Shown: positions 7,465 through 15,647, counted from the first letter of the stretch. The stretch: 17,257 bases of DNA from Candidatus Heimdallarchaeota archaeon (GCA_046761065.1 JBHIFL010000083.1:1-17257), one strand, 5' to 3'. The notes: a model not told the origin generated them from the letters alone. Translations and numbers: made by a program.

Positions 7465-9312
7465 TTACCATAGTGACTCCGATGAAGTTGGACGCCCTTC
7501 TTGATCCCACCCTCTTAGAGCGTAATAGCGGGATAACATCCTTTGAAATTCTGTTCGGTCGATATGGTGGCCCTTAGCTAAGCGTAACGGCATAGGGTCA
7601 TCGAAATAGCGCTTCGGTAACGTATCATCTTTCCGAGAGACACCTAGCTTCACATTTATTCTTCGTTCAAGTTCAACTATTCGTTTCCCGACTTCTTGCA
7701 ACTCGTCTTCCGTATATTCGAAGCCTGTCACTAAGCGAATCAATTCTGCAAAGTGTTCATATCCTAATAATCGCGGGGAATTAAAACCGCGGCAAAGAAA
7801 CTTGCAAAGGCCCAAGGAGTCTATGACGGCATGGATATTCTCTTGCCCATAGACGATGTGTTCCTTTGTCGAATATTCTATTGGGGATGGATTGATGTGC
7901 GTACCATAGAGATCCTCATAGATCTCTGGAGGGAGATCGAGAATATCTAGCGTTGGACGTGAACGGAGATGGTCAGCTCCTCGTGAGGAGGTTGCAATGC
8001 CGAGGGCAAAACTTTTGATGTAACGACAATCATGAGGATCAGATTGTGGGAGCCCTTTTATCGCAATAAGGTAGTCTATAGCATCTTCTCCAAAGATTTT
8101 TGTTGCTTCTATGCTATTAGCTAAAATGTTTCCAAAACCCTCTCGCTTAGAGATGTCTATCATGAGCTGTTTTGCAAGCTCGGAATTTCCAAACTCTAAA
8201 TAGATCCCCCCTGTCACCTTTTCGTCTATCAACCCTCGCTCAAATAGCTCGATAGCCCAACCAATGATAGTGCCAGTAGACGCTACATCCAAACCAAGCT
8301 CATTGGCTAAATTGTTAAGTTTAATTACCTCTGTAGTTGAGGAAATCCCAAGATTGGCACCTAAAAGGCCTATTGTGGTGTATTCCGGGCCTTCACCACC
8401 AAACACATTCCTATGTCGGCAATGCACCAGACACCCGTGACAAGAGAGCATTTTCATTACATAATTATGAATCACTTCAGCATCAAGGGTGTCTTCAAAT
8501 GCGTTCAGTTGACTGTTTTTCGTCCTGATAGCGCCTAAATAGTTGCTAACTTCATAAAGGAGTGGTGTTCCAACGCGTCCAAGCACCTGAACTATTTTTG
8601 ATTGGGCGAGATATTTGTTTATTTCCATGAGTCGCATTAAAAATTCTTTTGGGGACTTAATGGGGATACCAAGGGTTCCACTTGCTACAATAGCTTTGAG
8701 GTTCTTTGATCCCATAATGGTACCTATCCCACATCGTCCTGCGGCATTCTTAACACCATTAATGACTGTTGCAAAACGTACAAGATTCTCTCCGGCTGGA
8801 CCAATACACGCCACTTCGATATGGTGTCCCAACTCCTTTCTGAGCGCAAGCTGTGTTTCTCGAGTATTCAACCCCCAATAATCTTTTACGTCTCTAATCT
8901 CGACCCTTCCATTTTTTAAAAACAGATATGAAGGAGAATCGGCTTTTCCAAGAATCACCAGGCGATCTATGCCTGCATATCTCATCTCGGCAGGGAAGAA
9001 TCCCCCCATGTTCGTATCTCCCAGAATCCTACTCTCTGGCGACTTTGTGGTGATATTGATTCGAGAACAGTTCGGAGCTCCGGTCCCTGTCAGAAGTCCC
9101 GTACCAAAAATGAGTGGATTAGTCGGGGAAAGAGGATCCACTTCCGGCTTCAGGAACTCGTGGAGATAATACATATTAACTCCTCTCCCACCAAGCAGGG
9201 CTTTAACCACATTTTTAGGGGTATAGGTGGTCTTCGATGTTTTATTAGTAAGATCGACAACTGTTACGTTGCTACGCCAGAATTTACGATCTTTCTCTTC
9301 GTTTTTCATCAT
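7465..9312 (-). CDS. aor: Tungstopterin aldehyde:ferredoxin oxidoreductase (AOR/WOR) family catalytic subunit
   Basis: VDL, LGGRG, NPLIFGTGLLTG, KSP, GGFFPAEMRYAG, IGPAGENLV, AAGRCGIGTIMGSKNLKAI, CxxCxxxC (CHGCLVHC), ELGLD, RGADH, DSLGLC, DDTLPKR and YYALRGWD. The family call is secure; the substrate is unknown. Confidence 0.93.
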   Translation of the reverse strand: MMKNEEKDRKFWRSNVTVVDLTNKTSKTTYTPKNVVKALLGGRGVNMYYLHEFLKPEVDPLSPTNPLIFGTGLLTGTGAPNCSRINITTKSPESRILGDTNMGGFFPAEMRYAGIDRLVILGKADSPSYLFLKNGRVEIRDVKDYWGLNTRETQLALRKELGHHIEVACIGPAGENLVRFATVINGVKNAAGRCGIGTIMGSKNLKAIVASGTLGIPIKSPKEFLMRLMEINKYLAQSKIVQVLGRVGTPLLYEVSNYLGAIRTKNSQLNAFEDTLDAEVIHNYVMKMLSCHGCLVHCRHRNVFGGEGPEYTTIGLLGANLGISSTTEVIKLNNLANELGLDVASTGTIIGWAIELFERGLIDEKVTGGIYLEFGNSELAKQLMIDISKREGFGNILANSIEATKIFGEDAIDYLIAIKGLPQSDPHDCRYIKSFALGIATSSRGADHLRSRPTLDILDLPPEIYEDLYGTHINPSPIEYSTKEHIVYGQENIHAVIDSLGLCKFLCRGFNSPRLLGYEHFAELIRLVTGFEYTEDELQEVGKRIVELERRINVKLGVSRKDDTLPKRYFDDPMPLRLAKGHHIDRTEFQRMLSRYYALRGWDQEGRPTSSESLW

Positions 9313-9350
9313 AATTATGCTCCTAACCCATAATAAATTTCCCTTTCCTC

Positions 9351-10727
9351 CTATGCCTCGCCGAGTTCTTTTTTTCGCCAGCGTTCCTCATCGATCTTCT
9401 TCTTATACTTCTTCTCCATTCCAATGGTTTTTCTCCAAACCACATAACCAGGAGGACCTTCCATCTCAGATTGGAAAAGTTTATGCCTCAGATGCGCAAA
9501 AAACTGACCTCTTTCTGCAAGATACTCTGCTGCTGTTCCTAATATTGTGCCATTTTTGATTAGATTTGTGAGAATACCGCCTTGGGTGATGTCTCCAACA
9601 AGAATGGCTCCAAGGAGTGTTCCATCTCCATCCTTAATTAGCAACTTTTCATAAATTCCCTCCTTTTCCGAGTGAAGCCCTACAATTTCATGGCATGATG
9701 CTCGAGGGCATGAGATGGCTCCTATAGAAATCCAAGGGATTCCAAAGTATCTCATCGCGACCATAGCTATCCCTCCCTTGTACTCTCTTTTAACTCCAGC
9801 TAAGTTCATTCCAGCAATCCGACCCTGTTCGCGAGCATTACCAAGATTCGCTACCATTCGGTTCTCCCGGTAGACCAGATCATACGGTTGGGCGGCATCT
9901 CCGGCGGCGTACACATTCGGGACAGACGTCCGAAGATAATGATCAACAAGAACCCCCGATGCGGTGCGGATTCCAGAATCTTTCAAGAAATTAATAGCAG
10001 GTCGTACTCCAGTACACATAACCACAAGTGTACTAGGAATCTGTCGTCCATCGTCAAGGATAACACCAGTAACACCTCTTCCCTTTTCATCTCCACGAAT
10101 TTCTTGTATTTCCCGCCCAGTTAAGACGATAAGCTCTTTTTTTTCCATATACCTTTGGACGATCCGCGCTGCGGTGGTGTCTAGATTTTGGGTTAAAATT
10201 TGGTTAAGAAGCTCCACCACAACAACTTTAAGGCCCCGTGTAGAAAGCGCGTGTGCTGCACTCAGACCCACAAGTCCAGCACCTACCACAACCGCGGTTT
10301 CAGCTCTCTTTGCCCTGTTGGCTATTTGTTGAGCATCATTAAGGGTCCAAAAGGAATAAACTCCTTCTCTTTGGAGACCCGGGATATTAGGACAGGTTGG
10401 GGTAGACCCTGTAGCGATTAAGAGGCGATCGTAACTTATATTTTGGCCATTACTCAAATGAACCACTTGATTTTCGCTATCAATACTAACAGCTTCAAGA
10501 CCATCTAATTTCGATATTTTCTTCTCTTTGTAAAATGTTTCAGGACGATAGAGGATCTCTTCATAGGTTTTCTCGCCCGACAGGTATTCTGCAATCAAAG
10601 GGCGCGAATATGGGGCGGTCCAAGCCTCTTTTGAAACAAGTGTTATGGTACTCGTTTTATCAATCTGCCTGAAAGACTCAATAGCTGCTATGGCCGCTGT
10701 GGAGTTGCCCAGAACAACGAGATCCAT
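9351..10727 (-). CDS. FAD-dependent pyridine nucleotide-disulfide oxidoreductase family protein (NirB/rubredoxin-reductase-like; putative NAD-coupling subunit of the AOR complex)
   Basis: Degenerate FAD motif VVLGNSTAA, PYSRPLI, YDRLLIATGS, NAD motif VVVGAGLVG...VVE, TGVRP and TSVPNVYAAGD. Confidence 0.9.
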   Translation of the reverse strand: MDLVVLGNSTAAIAAIESFRQIDKTSTITLVSKEAWTAPYSRPLIAEYLSGEKTYEEILYRPETFYKEKKISKLDGLEAVSIDSENQVVHLSNGQNISYDRLLIATGSTPTCPNIPGLQREGVYSFWTLNDAQQIANRAKRAETAVVVGAGLVGLSAAHALSTRGLKVVVVELLNQILTQNLDTTAARIVQRYMEKKELIVLTGREIQEIRGDEKGRGVTGVILDDGRQIPSTLVVMCTGVRPAINFLKDSGIRTASGVLVDHYLRTSVPNVYAAGDAAQPYDLVYRENRMVANLGNAREQGRIAGMNLAGVKREYKGGIAMVAMRYFGIPWISIGAISCPRASCHEIVGLHSEKEGIYEKLLIKDGDGTLLGAILVGDITQGGILTNLIKNGTILGTAAEYLAERGQFFAHLRHKLFQSEMEGPPGYVVWRKTIGMEKKYKKKIDEERWRKKELGEA

Positions 10728-10844
10728 GGTTAATGCCTGTAGAAATAGTTCTTTTTAAGTTCTTCACTTTCTCTATAAGAACCCAAATAATGCTCAATAA
10801 TATTTGCGAATATTGATAATGATCGCTTATAGAATACTTTCTGT

Positions 10845-11228
10845 TTACTTTTCTTCAATTAACTTATAGAGACTTGTTGATCCTCTTTCCTTAGGAATTA
10901 TGCAAAGGAAAACGAAGGGCTCTGTATCACTCTTGTTCTTGAAACCGTGGATCTCGTTACTCTCGATATATACAAAATCACCCGGTCCGACTGTTTTTTC
11001 TCCATCTTTCCCAATCACCGCTCCCTGCCCTTCCAGAATGTACATTTCATGCTCATGGGAATGCTGGTGTAGTGGGATCGTCGCATTGGGCTCAAAATCA
11101 TAGCGGCGCAATAAAGAGTTTTTCCCCACATCATCACCAATTAACCATCGAATCTTAGCCCCCTTCGTACCAGGGAGAAGATGATCTATTGTTTCTAATT
11201 TTACATCCTTGTAGTTGCCTATGATCAT
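10845..11228 (-). CDS. Cupin domain protein (cupin_2)
   Basis: PLHQHSHEHEMYILEGQG and GPGDFVYIESNEIHGFKN, the two metal-binding cupin motifs. GAGG Shine-Dalgarno upstream. Confidence 0.92.
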   Translation of the reverse strand: MIIGNYKDVKLETIDHLLPGTKGAKIRWLIGDDVGKNSLLRRYDFEPNATIPLHQHSHEHEMYILEGQGAVIGKDGEKTVGPGDFVYIESNEIHGFKNKSDTEPFVFLCIIPKERGSTSLYKLIEEK

Positions 11229-11457
11229 GATTTTACCTCAATTCCGTTTTATTTTAAGAAATCATTCTTATGTATAGCCTAATAAGATTGTCGTAAGGTA
11301 ATTTTATTTTCACTCGAGTTCCTCTTTGAAAAATCGGTCTAGATACATTGAAATATTCCAATAATCATCCTAACCATTAACCTTGAAGGATCAAACTCCA
11401 TTAAAGAAGCTGTTTCCGAAAGATTTTGAATTTAAAATGCGTCATGAAAGTGTATTG

Positions 11458-11469
11458 AGAGGTGAGGTT
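11458..11469 (+). promoter_or_regulatory. Archaeal-type Shine-Dalgarno
   Basis: AGAGGTGAGG just upstream of ATG 11475. A similar AAGGTGA precedes ATG 13202. Confidence 0.65.
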
Positions 11470-11474
11470 GAAAA

Positions 11475-12251
11475 ATGAAGTATAAGGAAATTCTCCTCCA
11501 ACGGGATAATCAAGTAGCGACACTCATTCTGAATCGACCCGAAAAGCGAAATGCGTTATCTTTATGTCTCCTCGAGGAACTTATTATTGCTTTACAGGAC
11601 TTCTATGTCGATAAGGAAACACGTGTCGTGGTAATCAAAGGAGCGGGACCATGCTTTAGCGCAGGACATGATCTGTCTGAGATGATCAACAAAGATATTC
11701 TTCATTACAAGAAGATCTTTGAGACATGCTCTAAAATGATGAAATTACTTCAACAAATTCCACAGCCAACCATTGCACAAGTTCACGGGGTTGCAATGGC
11801 TGCAGGTTGTCAATTAGTTGCCGCATGTGACCTAGCTATTGCTGCAGAAGGAACTCGCTTCAGTACGCCAGGTGTAAGGATCGGTTTGTTCTGTATTACC
11901 CCAAGTGTACCACTGAGTAGAGCCATCGGAAGAAAACGAGCTCTAGAAATGTTGTTTACTGGGGATTTTATTAATGCAAAAGAAGCATACGAGTACGGTC
12001 TTATAAACCGTGTTGTCCCTCCAGCTCAACTGGAAGCTGCCACCCAAGAATTAACCACAGCGATCGTACGTTCGAGTCCCATGGCTATCAGTATCGGTAA
12101 ACAAGCTTTCTATACGCAGATTAATATGCCTGATGATCAGGCTTATGACTTTGCCACAAACACTATTGCTCTCAATCTTGCTACGTATGATGCACAAGAA
12201 GGCATTTCGGCTTTTCTTGAAAAGAGAACCCCAAAATGGAAAGGAAAATAA
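11475..12251 (+). CDS. Enoyl-CoA hydratase/isomerase (crotonase) family protein, ECHDC3-like subgroup
   Basis: LNRPEKRNALS, FSAGHDL, PQPTIAQVHG.A.AAGCQLVAACDLA, FSTPGVRIGLFC.TP.V.LSR.IGRKRALEMLFTG and EGISAFLEKR.P.W. Confidence 0.92.
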   Translation: MKYKEILLQRDNQVATLILNRPEKRNALSLCLLEELIIALQDFYVDKETRVVVIKGAGPCFSAGHDLSEMINKDILHYKKIFETCSKMMKLLQQIPQPTIAQVHGVAMAAGCQLVAACDLAIAAEGTRFSTPGVRIGLFCITPSVPLSRAIGRKRALEMLFTGDFINAKEAYEYGLINRVVPPAQLEAATQELTTAIVRSSPMAISIGKQAFYTQINMPDDQAYDFATNTIALNLATYDAQEGISAFLEKRTPKWKGK

Positions 12252-12323
12252 CAATATTAGATTAATTGTAATTCCTATACTATTCAAGTATAGGAGCTTT
12301 CTTGTAAAGGCCGGTTGTAGAAA

Positions 12324-13085
12324 TTGAGTTTCTATGATCTTTCAAAAGAAGAACGAGAAAAGACCGTGAAAGAGATAAAACAAGTGATCGAACACGATTT
12401 GAGGTGCGGTATCGTAGAGAATATTTTGAAATATGCGGCCGACCACGATACTTACATACGGAAGAATACCTACATCATACTAGGATGCCTTTATCGTGAT
12501 AGGCAAGATATGAGAGAAAGCATTTTAAGTGTATTAGATGCCTTATTTGTTAATAAAGACGAAAAAGTGAGACAGACTGTTGTTTATGCACTTGGGGAGA
12601 TTGGGAAAATCGATGCTCAGAAGGTTTTAAAGCTATTTGAGAAAGCCTTAGAAGATGAACAGCCATCAGTGGGAAGAGCAGTAACTGGAGCTTTAAAACA
12701 AATGGGACAAAAGAATCCAACCTCTACATTGGAATTTGCGAAACGGTTTTTACATCATCCTGATCCGAAAATTCGCCGGAAAATCATCCATGGGATTGAA
12801 CTCCACGGACGAACTCATCCTGAAGACATTTTACCTCTTTTAACAGAAGTTCAAAACGATCCCAATAGAGACGTAAGGAAAATAATTACCCATGTGATTA
12901 GCCAAATAAGCTATAAAAAGGGTTGTTTAGAAAAAGTGATTTCCACGTTAAAGGGTTGGGAGAACAAAGAATTAGTAGAGAAGGCTTTAAAGGAGATTTT
13001 AGAAGTCCATAAGCGCTATGAAAAATTTAGTGCAAAATCCTTCGATAAGGCAAAAGAGTACATAGAACACCAATTTAACACATAA
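12324..13085 (+). CDS. HEAT-repeat protein (DNA alkylation repair AlkD/AlkC-like or PBS-lyase-like solenoid)
   Basis: Repeating helical units: D..EKVRQ....ALGEIG, D....V.RAV..AL..MG, HPDPKIRR..I.GI and DPNRDVRK. TTG start. Confidence 0.75.
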   Translation: MSFYDLSKEEREKTVKEIKQVIEHDLRCGIVENILKYAADHDTYIRKNTYIILGCLYRDRQDMRESILSVLDALFVNKDEKVRQTVVYALGEIGKIDAQKVLKLFEKALEDEQPSVGRAVTGALKQMGQKNPTSTLEFAKRFLHHPDPKIRRKIIHGIELHGRTHPEDILPLLTEVQNDPNRDVRKIITHVISQISYKKGCLEKVISTLKGWENKELVEKALKEILEVHKRYEKFSAKSFDKAKEYIEHQFNT

Positions 13086-13086
13086 C

Positions 13087-13151
13087 GATAGGAACCGGCA
13101 TTTTTATCAATTCCAAGAACAATAAGCTATTTATGAACATGAGTTCCTATC
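13087..13151. repeat. 9-bp perfect inverted repeat bracketing a 47-nt AT-rich spacer
   Basis: GATAGGAAC (13087-13095) and GTTCCTATC (13143-13151). Confidence 0.5.
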
Positions 13152-13201
13152 TTCAAAATCTGGAAAATGATCACATTCACAATTAGGATAGTGGAAGGTG
13201 A

Positions 13202-14368
13202 ATGAAACAGCTTCAGGTCGCTAAAAGGTCGACAAATATCCCATCAAGTGGCATTCGACGGATGTACAACATTGCCACGCAGATGAAAGAAAAAGACATG
13301 ATCTGGCTTGTCATCGGAGAACCCGACTTTCCGACACCCGTTCATATTATTAATGCGGGCAAAGAAGCACTAAACTCGGGGTTTACACATTATACCCATA
13401 ACTTGGGTTTACTTGAGCTAAGGGAAGCAATTGCGCGTAAGCTCAAGCGTGAGAATGGAATTGAAACAAATCCTGAAACAGAAATTATCGCAACAACGGG
13501 GGCACAAGGCGCCTTAATCATGACCCTTTTTATAATCCTCGAAGAAGGAGATGAAATATTAGTTCCACGCCCTTGTTTTGCTAGCTACGAGGCGCAAATC
13601 AAGCTGGCAAATGCGATCCTAGTTCCTATTTCTCTAAAAGAAGATGAATTCAACTTGGATATCGAATTAATCAAAGAAAAGATTACTCCCCAAACAAAGG
13701 CTCTACTGATTAATTCCCCTTGTAATCCAACAGGTGCGATGTGTTCGGAAGCGGTTCTCAAAGCTATTGCAGATTTGGCCGAAGACCATGGGATTTTCAT
13801 TATCAAAGACAACCCGTATGAGAAGATCGTATATGATAGAAAGCATGTTAGTATTGCTCCCATGGCTAAAGATCAAACGATCTCGATCTTTTCTTTTTCA
13901 AAAAGCTATGCCATGGCCGGGTGGCGGATTGGGTATGCTACTGCAAATGAAGAGATCATCCGAGAAATGCAAAAAATGCACGAGCATTTTTGTATTCACC
14001 CGAGCAGTGTCTCCCAGAAGGCGGCAATAGCAGCCCTTGACGGTTCACAAGAGTGTGTGGAATCAATGGTACAAACCTATAAGGAAAGGCGCTCCGTTAT
14101 TGTGAATGGGCTGAACAAGATTCCAGGAATCTCTTGTATTGCACCCCATGGGACTTTTTATGTTTTCCCTAACATTAAAGCGCTAGGACGTTCTTCGCAG
14201 GAGCTTGCCGAGTATTTGCTTAGAGCAGGTCATGTTGTGACTGTTCCAGGAACCGCCTTTGGACCGGAGGGAGAAGGACATCTCCGTATTTCCTATTCTG
14301 CTTCGATGGAAGCTATTAAAGAGGCGCTTTCCCGGATCCAAAAGGCGGTTTTACGCTTAAGTCAGTAG
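13202..14368 (+). CDS. PLP-dependent class I/II aminotransferase (aspartate/aromatic aminotransferase-like)
   Basis: IGEPDFPTP, THYT...GL.ELREAIA, NSPCNPTG, D.PY, SFSKSYAMAGWRIG (PLP lysine), G.FYVFP, VPGTAFG..GEGHLRISY. Confidence 0.95.
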   Translation: MKQLQVAKRSTNIPSSGIRRMYNIATQMKEKDMIWLVIGEPDFPTPVHIINAGKEALNSGFTHYTHNLGLLELREAIARKLKRENGIETNPETEIIATTGAQGALIMTLFIILEEGDEILVPRPCFASYEAQIKLANAILVPISLKEDEFNLDIELIKEKITPQTKALLINSPCNPTGAMCSEAVLKAIADLAEDHGIFIIKDNPYEKIVYDRKHVSIAPMAKDQTISIFSFSKSYAMAGWRIGYATANEEIIREMQKMHEHFCIHPSSVSQKAAIAALDGSQECVESMVQTYKERRSVIVNGLNKIPGISCIAPHGTFYVFPNIKALGRSSQELAEYLLRAGHVVTVPGTAFGPEGEGHLRISYSASMEAIKEALSRIQKAVLRLSQ

Positions 14369-14429
14369 AATACATCCTCTGTATCCAACTGAGGTATTGA
14401 TCAAAAAAACATATTCTACCGTCTTTACT

Positions 14430-15647
14430 TTATTTGACTTTGCCTATAATTGCTTTTAAGTCGTCATCAGAAAGGGTAGATTTTCTTTTCACAGCCTCCA
14501 CCTTAACTAGTTCAATAACTTTATTTATTTCATCTTCGGTAAGGTTAAGGCCTAATATATTTAAATTGTGTATAATAGAATCGCGGCCACTTTTCTTTCC
14601 ATACATAATCTCCACTCCTTTCTGACCAACCAAATCCCAGCGGTATGGGTACATCACTAAAGGCATGTTTGCTTCTTTAACTCGTAACCACCAGCCCACG
14701 ACTATGCCTGACTCCATTGCAAAAGCATTATCTCCGACAATCGCTTTATGGGGAGGCATCTTTATGCCTGAAAGCTTTTCAACCAGTTTTGATAACTCAT
14801 AAAGTTTTGTATAATCTAGTCCAAGTTGAAATCCATAAAGGGCTTCAAGGGCCAGCGCTACCTCCGCCAAATCGGCATTCCCCATCCTTTCACCGATGCC
14901 ATTAACAGTTGTGTGGACGATTTCTGCGCCTTCGCATACCGCTGCAAGGGTGTTTGCTGTTGCTAACCCAAAATCATTGTGGAAATGGGCCTCAATTGGC
15001 TTGTTCAATTCATCACGAGCTTTTTTGGTGAAGAACCGGGTTGCCTCGGGTGAACAGACTCCAAACGTATCGACAAGAGCTAATGAGTCCATATGGCCTT
15101 CCGTTGCGACATTGTTTATTATTTTGATCCACCAATCAAGGTCTGCCCTGGTTGAATCGATTGTGAAGAAGGTTACGTGTAAACCATGGTCCGCAGCATA
15201 CTTTGTAGCTTCGATAGATAAGTCAATAGCCTTTTCAAGTGGCCATTTATATGCATGCTTTATAATATGTTTGCTGGAGGGAATCTCCGTTACCACCCCA
15301 TCAACATCACATTCTAAAGCTAAATCCACATCTGCTTTCATACATCGACAAAATGCAAAGATTTTTGCGTTTAAGCCATCATTTGCAATATCTTTCACTG
15401 CATCTTTATCTTCTTTAGAGATCGCTGGCATTCCAGCTTCGATACGAGGAACTCCTAGCGCATCGAGCTGTCTTGCAATTTTGAGTTTGTCTTCCTTATT
15501 AAATACCAAACCCGCTTGTTGCTCACCATCCCTCAATGTAATATCGTGAATCGCGACATCTTTTGGCAGGTTTAAGCCTGCTCGTACTTCATCATCAAAA
15601 TTGTGTTGACTTACCCACCACTTATCAGTTAACCATTGTTTTCGCAT
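14430..15647 (-). CDS. LeuA/homocitrate-synthase-like DRE-TIM metallolyase without a regulatory domain
   Basis: HDITLRDGEQQAG, IEAG.P, DTFG, HFHNDFGLATAN.LAA, TVNGIGERMGNA, K.IVGDNAF and GKKSG. At 405 aa it has no C-terminal allosteric domain. Confidence 0.88.
   Translation of the reverse strand: MRKQWLTDKWWVSQHNFDDEVRAGLNLPKDVAIHDITLRDGEQQAGLVFNKEDKLKIARQLDALGVPRIEAGMPAISKEDKDAVKDIANDGLNAKIFAFCRCMKADVDLALECDVDGVVTEIPSSKHIIKHAYKWPLEKAIDLSIEATKYAADHGLHVTFFTIDSTRADLDWWIKIINNVATEGHMDSLALVDTFGVCSPEATRFFTKKARDELNKPIEAHFHNDFGLATANTLAAVCEGAEIVHTTVNGIGERMGNADLAEVALALEALYGFQLGLDYTKLYELSKLVEKLSGIKMPPHKAIVGDNAFAMESGIVVGWWLRVKEANMPLVMYPYRWDLVGQKGVEIMYGKKSGRDSIIHNLNILGLNLTEDEINKVIELVKVEAVKRKSTLSDDDLKAIIGKVK

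Noticed and set aside
7465-9312. Class II benzoyl-CoA reductase BamB, tempting because bamA is nearby
   Set aside because: It retains the AOR-like GPEY and RGADH segments. It lacks the BamB-type Cys ligand following the CxxCxxxC motif, and no bamD-I (Hdr/Nuo-like) genes are adjacent.
10728-10844. Moco/Tuco riboswitch upstream of the tungsten-enzyme operon
   Set aside because: The region is short and very AT-rich and lacks the multi-stem GC-paired architecture.
4421-11287. TCTTAT-N-ATAAGA dyad at 4421-4441 and 11266-11287 as a shared operator
   Set aside because: Spacers differ (9 vs 10 nt), and 6-bp AT-rich arms are expected by chance.
14896-15549. 217-aa plus-strand ORF and the other short ORFs nested in or antisense to called genes
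   Set aside because: Shadow frames of well-supported genes with no recognisable protein features.
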